Shown here one piece after another: positions 26,051 through 37,465 of a stretch of DNA of 64,000 bases. Each line of letters begins with the position of its first letter. The first letter of the stretch is position 1. The notes beneath the pieces were generated by a model, which did not search any database, was not told the origin of the DNA, and saw only the letters and a list, made by a program, of their open reading frames with translations. The DNA is from Azolla caroliniana (Eukaryota > Plantae > Polypodiophyta): assembly GCA_043228905.1 (NCBI GenBank), contig JBHGNT010000001.1:10230001-10294000 (forward strand), in the 5' to 3' direction. The position numbers were made by a program, and so were the translations under genes.

Positions 26051-29000
26051 ATGGCTAGTGGGATCAATCCTAGGAATGGTAATGAGGAGAAGAAGAACCT
26101 CCTCAACATCATCAGTGATGGTCATATGGCTAAGCAAAAGCCGCACGTGCTAATGATGCCTTGCCCGGGCCTAGGTCACGTTATAACCCGCTCATGAACC
26201 TGGCCAAGACATTGGCATCTCGTGGGGTGATGGTAACATTCATCAACAGCCAATTCATCCACGACCGCCGTGTGAAGTGAAGACGGAGGAGGTCGTGGGC
26301 AAGAATATCCTTCTTGGGCATGACGTCATGCCCACAAAGGGCAATGGTGATGAGGAGGAGGAGGAGGATGGATGGCATGATCATGAACATGAGCATGAGC
26401 ATGTGCTGGAGCTGGAGCTGTGTGTGTTGAGAGGGGGCCATGTGGATGATACGCCCATCCGCATGATGGGCATCCCGGATGGGGTGTCCGCCCATGACCA
26501 CATCATCCATGATGTGGCAAAGCACGTCGACGCCTTCCTCCATTACATATGCCTGCTCGCCTCCTCCACGTCAAAGTATATACAATTAATGAACTCAACA
26601 AAGTAGTTGGGTTATTCCTAAACCAGTTATATGACCAAGCTTTATTAGAGAGTGAGGTCTAATTTTAAAAAAGGTAAAAGAAATATGAAAACCATGTCGT
26701 TGAAGGCCAAAGCTAGACCTACTCAATGTTTCTCGTATACATTAATGTAATAATCATTCATTACAAAGAGTTATCAAATTCTAGGTACGTGAGGGAATTA
26801 AATTCTAGTTCTAATATAAGCATGTGAAAATGATTCGGCACATCATTTGAAAATTGAAGTTGGAAACAAACTTATAAAGAAATGTGAGAGTGACTCCCGA
26901 TTGAATAGGCACATGTGCCCATGATAATCATCGGAAGTCCCAAAAGTATATTGTTTCACTTACTTCCGAATATTATATATGTTGGTCAAAGTTCTTGCTT
27001 TTAACCATGGGAAAATTAAGATTAAGCACATAACTTTAAAGTCAATGAAGAATTATGATAATGATAAAAAGCCTTTTGCTGATCCAACGTTCCCCAAAAT
27101 ACTGCACCCCACGTGAAAATGGTTGACCTATACTTATGACCTAATAACCTAAGAATTTGAAACCAAAAACGTTTGGCCGCAACACATAAGTCTTGTTTAA
27201 ATAATAATAATTTTTTCCAAAAAAGATACTACACTACTATTAAGAAATGCCCTAAGGCTATACATAAAATATATACATTTAGGTAATGAACCACTTAAAT
27301 AATTCTAATTGTCGGCTTAAATAAATACCTCTATAAAATATTCATTTGTCCCATATGACATGGAACTCCAATCGTGGTAGCTCAACGTGTTGGCAGATGT
27401 GTATTACCTTTTATGATATCCAAAGAACCCCATAGATTATGCACAATCTCAAAGGTCCTATATAATAGAGCATAAGGCAAACTCAAAGACTAAAAATTTT
27501 CCTAAAAATTACCGCTATATTTATTACTCTTGAAATCAAACAACATGTAAATTTTTGGATACTTATAGGAATCCCCCCTCTTCACCAACATATTCATTAA
27601 TTTTTAATGGATTACAGGAATTTCCCCTCGCGAATTTAACTAATGGGAAACATTTGAAGAATGAGTGTTACTTTGGTTTAACATTGAGGGGTATTCCAAG
27701 AAGTATCCTAAAATGTCATGCTTAGTGTTTTCCTTATATGAAATACTTTGATCTTACCCATCATGTCTCACACACACAGAGTTCATGGTTACCAATGGGG
27801 AGGATGATGAAAGCTACCCGACTACCTTGGTACCCCCACCATTAAAGCGATATGAGATTCATTCATTTTTACAGTCATTTGACCCCTCAAACTTCCTCTT
27901 CTCCTTTGTCCTCCAATGCTTCACTCTTGTTGTTCAATGCTCTCAAATCCTCCTCAACACGTACGACACATTGGAAGTAGAGAGCCTTGACCTCATTCGA
28001 ACAAGACCAAACGTCCTCACCATAGGAGAAGTTGAAATTTGAAACGCTGACTAGCATACATAGGTTAGATAAAATTCAAATAAATAAACCCATCACTCAG
28101 ATACATAAATAGTTGCATGACAAATCTGGAACATCCTCTTCTCATGTCCATGGTCCCTACAAAAAGCACCAAACAAGGTATCATTCATTATTGTAAGAAT
28201 GTGAATATAGGAATGAGTAAAGATGAGTAAAAATATGGATATAAGAATGATAGTCATACCTTGCAAAACATGATGCTAAAGTTTATGTAGCAAGAATTCG
28301 AACTTTTGAAGCAAAAATATTAGTGAGGGATACTCCAACATTATTTTTTATTGTGAACCATCGTTCTCCCACACCATCTACCTCGACACATCCGAGAGTG
28401 GTTCAAGTCATATCAATAAGTTATGCAGTCACGACAAGAAACTTGAGGCTTCCTCCATGTGGGTGGAGAATGATAGTTGCTTGACATGGCTTGATGCGCA
28501 AGATCTTCACTCTGTGATCTATGTATCATTCGGCAGTGTCACCCTCATATCAAACCAATATCAAATGGCAAACTTCTTGGTTGCTTTGGAAGCAAGTGGA
28601 TATCCCATCCTTATGGTTGTTCGTGATATAAACATATTTGTTGAGGATAATGTACTCGTCCATGAAAACTTCACGCGTTGTCGAGGAAATCCTCGCGTGT
28701 TCGCGAAATGAAGCGGTGGTCTTGTCGAGGAAATCCTCGTGTGTTCGCGAAATGAAGCGGGACCACTGAAGTCCTGGATCACAAGGATTCGATGTTTTTA
28801 GCAACGAGAAAGTATTGAAGATAGATAGATGGATGAAGAGAAAGAGAGAGATTGAGATAGAGATTGAACCCTTGACTTTAGTTTTACGAGACAAGATACA
28901 TCACCATTAGGATAACTCAGATCTTTGATTAAAAGTTTCTTTTTTTTACTTACATCACTTGCCTCCCTTACACAAACCCAACTATAGGCTTTTATAGGTC

Positions 29001-29400
29001 TCTCCATGCAAAAACCATGGGCTAAACCCACGAGTTGAAACCATGGGTTAAAACCACGGGCTAAAACCATGGGCTAAAACCATGGGCTAAAACCATGGTT
29101 TTGTGCCCACGGTTTCTATATGTTTGCTTCCTACAAAATACTGAATATGAAAAAGAAAATATACTTTAAAGCACTCAGTAGTGGCTTTAGTGGTAAGTTA
29201 ATTTGTCTCCTATCTTGGAGGTGCAAGGTGGAACATGGTTAGTCCTAAATTCATATTGTCATACATCAAATGTAAAAATATATATGTAGTCAAAGCCTAA
29301 TTTTAACACATTCTTAATTGTTTTATGAATTTGAAACATGCAATATAGATGCATTGTGGACTCTTGGAACATTGGACTTGAATTTCAAAAAGATAAGGCC
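26051..29400 (+). pseudogene. Fragmented UDP-glycosyltransferase pseudogene, duplicate of 45596-47743
   Basis: Exon 1 homologue 26051-26572 (frameshifted, truncated). Exon 2 pieces at about 27781-28027 and 28365-28678 (WVENDSCLTWLDAQ...VSFGS). Intron 2/exon 3 start at about 29290-29400. PSPG region missing. Confidence 0.9.
28679..29238 (-). mobile_element. Truncated LTR of the same family as 18080-18723, inserted in the UGT pseudogene
   Basis: Left end TGTCGAGG with a 44-bp terminal tandem duplication, preceded by GCGT. GGCTTTTATAGG and AAAACCATGGG repeats as in 18080-18723. Confidence 0.75.
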
Positions 29401-30524
29401 TCACCGTAAGGAATTGGACCGAATGCTTCCCATCTTGGCTCTTGACCCTCGCGTATCCCAATCCGTTGTCTAGCACCTTCGTCTCCATGCGAGCCGTCGT
29501 GATGTATGGTTCACCCAAGATGACTGGGTGCGAGGACGTCTCTTGAACAAAGAAATGATGATCTATTTCTACGTCCCCCACCTTCACCCGTACATTCGGG
29601 CAAGCCCCATATAGCTCCTCGGTTGCTCGGTTCGCCGCTCTAATCTTCCACCTATGCTTCATGTTGATCGACCACTTTCCCTTTTTATAAAAGTTCATGG
29701 ACATAAGGATGAGCTCAAAGCCATGGTCGATCAATGCTACAACCGGCTCTTTTACATCTCCGACCCGTACTGGTGTCTCTGTTGTCGCTCTCGCCCAATG
29801 CGGCCTCGTGTAGTGATTGTCCGCATAGTCTTCGTCTTCCTCGGGCACCTCAGTTGACAATGTATTTACAATCGCGGGCTTTGCCACTTCTTGCTTCGTC
29901 AAGAGCTGCTTCCTCTTCATTAGGTCGATGGTGACCTCATGGAATTCTTTCTTGGCAATTCCGAGGACCTCTCGTTGAGTAAACTCTACGCGACTATCGA
30001 GGATCCTTTCCTCCACTACCTTCTTCAAGTCCGAAGCTTGAAGTTGGGGGGGTTCCCCTTCTCTTTCCATATTTCATCGCATTCTTGAGACTACTTCGGG
30101 TCTTCCCTTCTTCATGCACCTCGAGCATCGTATTTCCTTGATGGACCAGCTCCCTCATCATTTCCTACCTTCTTCTCTTCTACCATTACTTTGTAGTTTT
30201 GGCAAGCGGCTTCCACTAAGCCTGTCTTTTCTTCCACCGGATCCTTCCACCTGGTTGCTTCTTGAACCCTTCTTTCTGCTTCGTCCGCTTCTTCTCTTTT
30301 GAAATTTCCCCTAGAGAGGCTTCCAAGGATTGACGGCTAAAAGTCAAACTCTTTCTCCTCTTGTCTCCTCACCTCTTTTCCCACTCGGATCCTAGCCGAC
30401 ACCGAGTAGTGGACGGCTTCAACATGTCGTGCTTCAGCCTCCTCCATTAGCCTTCTCATGCCCCCTTGGCCTTGATTCAATCCCAAGGGGCGCCTTGTCT
30501 CTGTTGAATAGACCCTATTGTTCC

Positions 30525-30834
30525 TGTTGAGAGATCAAGCTCAATTTCATTTAGTTAGTTAGTCAACAATGTAACTTCGTAGTTACCTAGATAGAATCTA
30601 GTCAGAAGTGTTGACTATAACGCCTTAAATAGGACCTTGCACTTAAGTGGGATATTCTAGATCCTCCACTCCGAAGTACATTTAATATAGGACTTACACT
30701 TTTGTACCTATATTATCCTCACACATGTGCACCCTTGCACATGAAATCTATATATACCTCATTGTAGGTATTTTTGTATTTGATGATGATAATGCTAATT
30801 TAATATACTTACTCATCCCCCATCTTGCGTTGTA

Positions 30835-30868
<34 letters not shown>

Positions 30869-33800
30869 TCTCTCACACATATCACTTAATCTTCCACTTA
30901 TCAACTAATCACATAATTAGGTACTAATTAATCCTTGCTTAATTCTTAACATGGTATCAGAGCGTGTGGTTTAGAAAATCCACTAAGCCCACCCCACTCT
31001 GTGATTGTGTGTTCGAGACACCGACGACAAAATCCGGCTATCGGCTACCGTAGTGCTGCTACGTAGCATGTGCACGTGATCGAACGAAGAAAAGTAAAAG
31101 AAGAGAAGACACTAATCAACATGAACACACAAATCGGTAGTACGCTCCTTAGTGAAAAGCTAGACCGGAGCAATTATTCATCTTGGGAGTACAAGATGAC
31201 CCAATACCTCGTTGGTCAAGGGTATTGGAGCTACATCAAGGGCGCTCAAGAAAATCGACCCGACTCAAAGAACGCCGACTACGCAACATGAGAGCAAGCG
31301 GCGAGTCGAGTCATGTATTGCTTGGCAACATGTGTCCACGACCACATTCTTAGCCACATTCGAGACACCAAGACGCCTAAAGAAGCATGGGCGAACTTAA
31401 AGAAAATGTTCGCCTCCAACACGACCGCCCGAAAGCTTCAACTTCGACAAGAGTTGAACAACATTCGGCAAAAAGACATGTCCGTGTCGGACTACACCGC
31501 CAAGATCAAGAGCATTTGTGACTCGCTTGGCTCCATCAAAATAAACATCGACGAACACAAGATGGTTCAAGTATGCTTGGGCGGCCTCGCACAACGATTC
31601 GATCCATTACATACGGAAATCTTGGCGAGAGAAAACCCTCCTTCATTCTTCGACCTCCAATCAATGCTATTGGTTGAAGAGAACCACGTCTGAACCAAAA
31701 GCAAGACGTCGGAAGCACAAATGTTCTTCTCGAATTCAGACGGTGGCCGAGGAGGAGGTCACGGCAGTAGAAGAGGTCAATTCGACCCATCACGCGAAGG
31801 GAACTCAAACCTTCACGAAAGCCATCGAGGAACCTTCAGAAGAAGGGGGAGCTTCCACGTCGAACATGGTCAACAAACGAGGCCCGCAACTTGCAATTAT
31901 TGCGGCAAAATCGGCAACTACGAGGCGGAGTGTCGGAAAAAGAGAAGTGAGTCGACTTCAACAAGTCGACACCTCACAAACTACGCATCGAACTCCGACC
32001 ACGACAACTGTAGCGGAATGTTCACGAATCACGCGTTGAATTCCGACTATGACGATCGTAGTGATATGTTTACAAATTACACCCCAAATTCCGACTACTG
32101 CGACCGTGGCGGAATGTTCGTAATGAGGCATAGAGCGAACTCTATGACGGACTCCAACTCCACAAGCACCTCCAACTCGGAAGACGTGTGGTTCATCGAC
32201 TCCGACGCCTCACATCACATGACATCTCATGAAGAGTGGTTTCGTGACTTGCGTACACCGGACCGACCTGGCTTCATAGAGACGGGAGACGACACCACGC
32301 ACCCCATTCGGCACATCGGCAATGTCCCATTCGGGAAAGAAGGCTAACAAACTTGCATCAAGAATTTCTTGCACGTGCCCACAATAACGAAGAATTTGGT
32401 CTCCGTCGGCCAAATCGTGGAGCAAGGCATGCAAGTCCGCTTCAACAATGAAGGTTGTTTCATTGAGAAAGATGGCCGACTCATAGCTAAGGGACAGAGA
32501 GACGGCCGAATGTTCATCCTTGATTTGAACAAGGTGAAATCGGCAATGTACACCAAAGGTCTCAAAATCGAGACAAGCATCGAGTTGTGGCACAAGAGAA
32601 TTGGCCACATAAACCTCTAACGGCTACGAGCGATGCAAACCAAGGGAGTCGTCATCAGACTTCCGACATTCGAGTCGACCGAGTATGCAAAGCGTGTCAA
32701 CTCGGCAAACAACATCGACTCCCATTCTCGAAGGAGAGCTCCGCAAGCAAAGGCCTCCTCGACGTCATACATTCGGATGTATGGGGACCGGCTCAAACGC
32801 CGACGATCGGCGGATGCCGATACTACGTAAGCTTCATCGACGACTACTTGTGCTACACGTGGATCTACCCGATGAAGAAGAAAAGCGAAGTGCTCTCCCA
32901 CTTCCAAAAGCTCAAGGGGCAAGTCAAAAAAGAAACTAGTCGGCATATTCAATGCCTACGATCAGATGGAGGCAAGGAGTACTTGTCCGATGAATTCACC
33001 TCCTACCTCCAAAGTGAAGGCATTCAAAGAGAATTCTCGTGCCGACACACCCCCCAGCAAAATGGAGTCGCCGAAAGGAAAAATCGGCAAATACTCGAGG
33101 TAGCACGCGCCATGATGCATGAGAAGAACATGTCGAATTTCTATTGGGCCGAAGCGGCATCCACAACCGTCTATCTCATGAATCAATGTACCACCAATGT
33201 AGTCCATGAGCTAACTCCCTACGAGCTCCTCGTCGGAAGGAAGCCGATCCAATCGCATCTCAAGGTGTTCGGAAGCATTGCGAATGTATGCATCCCGAAC
33301 GAACAACGACAAAAGCCCGACGCAAAGTCGGAGGAATGTATCCTCATAGGATACTCGTCCAAGAAGAAGGCATACAAGTGCTACAACCCTTCTACCCGAG
33401 CGGTTCGGGTAAGTCAAGACATAGTCTTCGATGAGTCCGCATCGTGGTACACGCTAGAGGCAACTTCGACTCCGACTCCGCTCTACCCAGAATCCGCCGA
33501 ACAAGAGGTAGAAGATGGAGGTCGCTTCGAACACATGTTCGAAGAAAATCCGATTACGGCAAAGCCTAGTGGGCCACAAGAGCCCCCACGCGACCCAAGC
33601 ACGTCGCGGCCAAGTATGAACTTGGACAAAGGCAAAGGTAAGATGCCTGAATACGAAGTCGATCGCCCCGACGACAGTGATTCGGATGTGTCGACTCCCT
33701 CACTAGACAGTGAGTTCGGTGTACCCATCATGCGTACACCCGGAGTAAAGAAGGCGCTCACGTCGGCGAGCAAAAAACTTCAACGCTCTTCTAGAGAGAA

Positions 33801-34536
33801 GAATCCCATCACTCGGCTTGGCTACAACGAGTATATGGCCCATCATTACGCCTTCGCGATGAAGGTAACAGTCGAACAAGAGCCCAAGAGCTCCACCGAA
33901 GCGGCTCGTAACCCACGATGGGTGGAAGTAGTCGACCTTCGCCCACACACTACAAGCCTTCGTCACCGGCTTGAGCGGGAGGAATCGAGATTGCCACGAC
34001 GAAGAAAGCCGAAGGCCAGACAGAAGCACACGAAGCCGACAAAAGCCAAAGCGGATGTCGAACGCCTCACACTTGAGCTTGAGGGGGCGTGTTGAGAGAT
34101 CAAGCTCAATTTCGTTTAGTTAGTTAGTCAACAATGTAACTTCGTAGTTACCTAGATAGAATCTAGTTAGAAGTGTTGACTATAACGCCTTAAATAGGAT
34201 CTTGTACTTAAGTGGGATATTCTAGATCCTCCACTCCTAAGTACATTTAATATAGGACTTACACTTTTGTACCTATATTATCCTCACACATGTGCACCCT
34301 TGCACATGAAATCTATATATACCTCATTGTAGGTATTTTTGTATTTGATGATGATAATGCTAATTTAATATACTTACTCATCCCCCATCTTGTGTTGTAT
34401 CACTCTCTCTCTCTCGCTCGCTCGCTCGCTCTCTCTCACACATACACACACATATCACTTAATCTTCCGCTTATCAACTAATCACATAATTAGGTACTAA
34501 TTAATCCTTGCTTAATTACTTACCTAATTCTTAACA
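30525..34536 (+). mobile_element. Ty1/Copia LTR retrotransposon, internally deleted (no RT/RNase H)
   Basis: LTRs 30525-30951 and 34090-34536; TSD GTTCC; tRNA-iMet PBS TGGTATCAGAGC (30952-30963); PPT GAGGGGGCG. gag (CNYCGKIGNYEAEC), protease (WFIDSDASHHM), integrase (HSDVWGP, RSDGGKEY, PQQNGVAERKN). Coding ends where RT should begin. Confidence 0.96.
31120..34095 (+). pseudogene. Copia gag-protease-integrase with stops and frameshifts
   Basis: ORFs 31070-31291, 31313-31693, 31721-32347, 32369-32620 and 32587-34095. Confidence 0.9.
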
Positions 34537-34944
34537 GTTCCAAAGATAGACAATATCCCTTCTTAGGGCCTCTTGAAAGTCTCCACACTCCCTTCGTAGG
34601 TGCTCGGGATTGTCGCACCACATACATCTTTGCGCGAACGGGGGACGTCGATCTTGAGGGCCGCCACTCTCTCTCCTAGCTTGCGTTATTTGGAGATCTC
34701 ACACCATCTTTGTGAGCTCTTCTACTGTCAACCCTCCAGACGGTGCTTCAACCACGTTTCTCTTGGGGGACAAACCTTGCATTTGCTTGCTCTCTTTCTT
34801 GAGTTGCACGTGGAGTTATATGAAGAGATCTACATGTCGCAACCCGAAGGCTTTGTGGAGAAAGGGAAAGAGAATCTTGTCTTCCGGCGAGTTAGGAATC
34901 TTGTCTTCCGACTCGCGTAACTCGCCGTCGAAGAGGGGGGATAA

Positions 34945-35276
34945 TGTCATGAAGACATACATTTAGTTTATCAGGAGTCGAACCCATAATTTCTTGGTCT
35001 ATGTGTTGAACCTTTAACCATTGTAATAACATATATGATGTGTAGTTATAATAATTATATTTTTAGTTATTCCAAGATATTTGAATATTCTAGAACATTC
35101 TTGAATATTTCATGATTACATTTATTATCATAAATATCTAAAATATTTTGGAACAATCTAGAATACTCCATAAGGATCTATAAATAGGTGTTTATACATT
35201 CAACACCAGTCTATAGCCCTTTGCCTACTCTTTGTATCCTTGTTTTCTCATAATATAATATCATTTCCATTTCCCG

Positions 35277-35339
<63 letters not shown>

Positions 35340-35352
35340 ACGAGTCACGACA
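34945..35352 (+). mobile_element. 3' LTR preceded by a PPT (superfamily uncertain)
   Basis: PPT AAGAGGGGGGATAA, then TGTCATGA...TCACGACA; CTATAAATAGG and (CT)n inside; followed by TCGA. A short Copia RT remnant (ELYEEIYMSQPEGF) lies at about 34803-34880. Confidence 0.75.
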
Positions 35353-36545
35353 TCGACGAGCATGCATGCCGATAGCAAGATATTGTACATAGAGGCAGAC
35401 CGATCCGTGATCATGGAGGATGAGGCAGATTGGCACGCACAAATGGTGGCCGACATGAGCAGAATCATAGGCACAATAGGGGTGCTGATAGCAGTAATGG
35501 ACCCTCCATGAACAAGGGGAGTTACGGTGGTGCCGGAAGTCAGAAAGCAAAGACCACCAACTACTGATATTATGGCAAGAAATGCCACAAAGAGAGTGAG
35601 TGCTAAAAGAAATGGAACGATTCAGATAAAGGAGAATCAAGCAGAGGTGATTCCGACTGATGGCAAATATTACACTATGTTAAAGGCATAGGGCATGCCG
35701 AAACTGGCTCTACATTCATCATGAAGCATAAGGCCAATCGAATGGGAGCGGGCACTTCAAAGCTAAACAAAGTGTGGTATGTTGACTCTAGGGCATCATA
35801 TCACATGATGAACCATGAGAAATGGTTCTCAACACTTCAGAGGCCAAAGCAACCAGGTGTCATTGACATTGGCGATGACATCGTCCATCCCATCAAACAT
35901 ATCGGAGATGTCCCTCTGAGCCATGTCAGCCAGAGAGGAATAATGAGGAACATCCTGCATGTGCCGACAATCACCAAGAATTTTGGTGTCGATTGGACAA
36001 ATAGTTGACCAAGGGATGCAAGTATGGTTCACTCACCATGGCTGCTTCATCGAAGATGAAGACCAGATCATTGTGTGAGAGCGCAAAGACGAGAGGATGT
36101 TTCTCGTCAACACCAATGACGTCGGCACCACTATGTTTGCAAAAGGTCGAATCGGACATCGACCTATGACATAAACGGATCAACCACATCAAATTCCCAT
36201 GGCTTGAGGAGATGCAAGCGAAATAGGTGATTTTCGGCTTGCCAAAATTCAGTAGCTAGAAGGGCCAATTATTTGAAACCTAACAACTAGTGAAGCAACA
36301 CTAAATTCCATTCCCCAATGAGCGAAATTGGAGCCATAACAAACTTGATCTCATCCATTCGGATGTATGGGGACTAACACAGAACCTCAACATTGGTAGG
36401 AGTTGATATTTTGTCTCCTTCATCGACGACTATACTCAACACACATGGATCTATCTAATAGAAAAGACAAGTGATGTCTTCTCCTATTTCTAGAATTTGA
36501 AAATTTTGATCGAGAAGGAAACAGAGAGAAAGGTTAAGTGCATGA
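35353..36545 (+). mobile_element. Highly degenerate Copia gag/protease/integrase fragment
   Basis: VWYVDSRASYHM, HPIKHIGDVPL, LHVPTITKN and LIHSDVWG remnants parallel 32180-32960. Confidence 0.8.
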
Positions 36546-36629
36546 GTATCATCCTTCCCAATATCATATTGTCGCATTGCATCAGCATAAGACATATCAT
36601 TAACATCCCCTCTTGGACTCGATACAAAC

Positions 36630-36717
<88 letters not shown>

Positions 36718-37089
36718 TCTTCTTGAGAGAACAATGCAACATATCTCCATCCATCACTTTGCTAACTCCATACTCAAGAACAATACATGCTTCCGCATCA
36801 GTCAACCTACTTCATACACAACAACCGACGAAGACACACAAAGTGTCAACATATAGATCACAAGGTATGTGGACAAAAAACAAAAAGGGGGATATATGGT
36901 GTCGTCTTTTACAATGATACTTCCATAAGATCCATAATGTAACCGTTCATACTATTTTCCATATTGTTGTTGTTGTTATGATTATGATTATGTTTTTTCT
37001 CCTGTATTTTTCTTTTTAAAAAAAACTTTTCTTTTCTTTTCTTGGTAATGCCTTTCATGCACCTTGTTTACACTTGGTAACCTCGTGAA

Positions 37090-37400
37090 GGGGGCACGAA
37101 AGGTAATTGAAGTAAAGTAAGATAAGCTTTTATAGGGGCACAGAAGGTAATTAGAAAAATTAGATAAGTTGTTATAGGCGCACAAAATGTAATTGAATAA
37201 ACCTAGATAAGTTTTTATAGGGGCATGAAAGGCATTTAGAAAAATTAGATAAGTTTTTATAAGGGCATGAAAGGTAATTAAATAAAATTAGATAAGTTTT
37301 TATAGGGACACAAAAGGTAATTAAATAAAACTAGATGAGTTTTGATAAGGGCAAGAGAATTAACTTGGAAAATTAGATGAGTTTTAAACGAGCATGAACG
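37090..37400. repeat. Degenerate ~41-bp AT-rich tandem repeat
   Basis: About 7 copies of GGTAATTAGAAAAATTAGATAAGTTTTTATAGGGGCA-like units. Confidence 0.75.
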
Positions 37401-37465
37401 GTAATTATATAAATTTGATGGGATAGATATATCGCTTAAAAGTACTACTAATAATATACTCTTGT

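Larger units (their letters stand above)
29401..34802 (-). mobile_element. Gypsy gag-protease fragment split by a Copia insertion
   Basis: ORF 29303-30070 has VVALIDHGFEL...FFVQETSSHPVILGEPYIT, homologous to 8057-8702. gag zinc-knuckle-region homology continues at 34542-34800. Confidence 0.85.
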
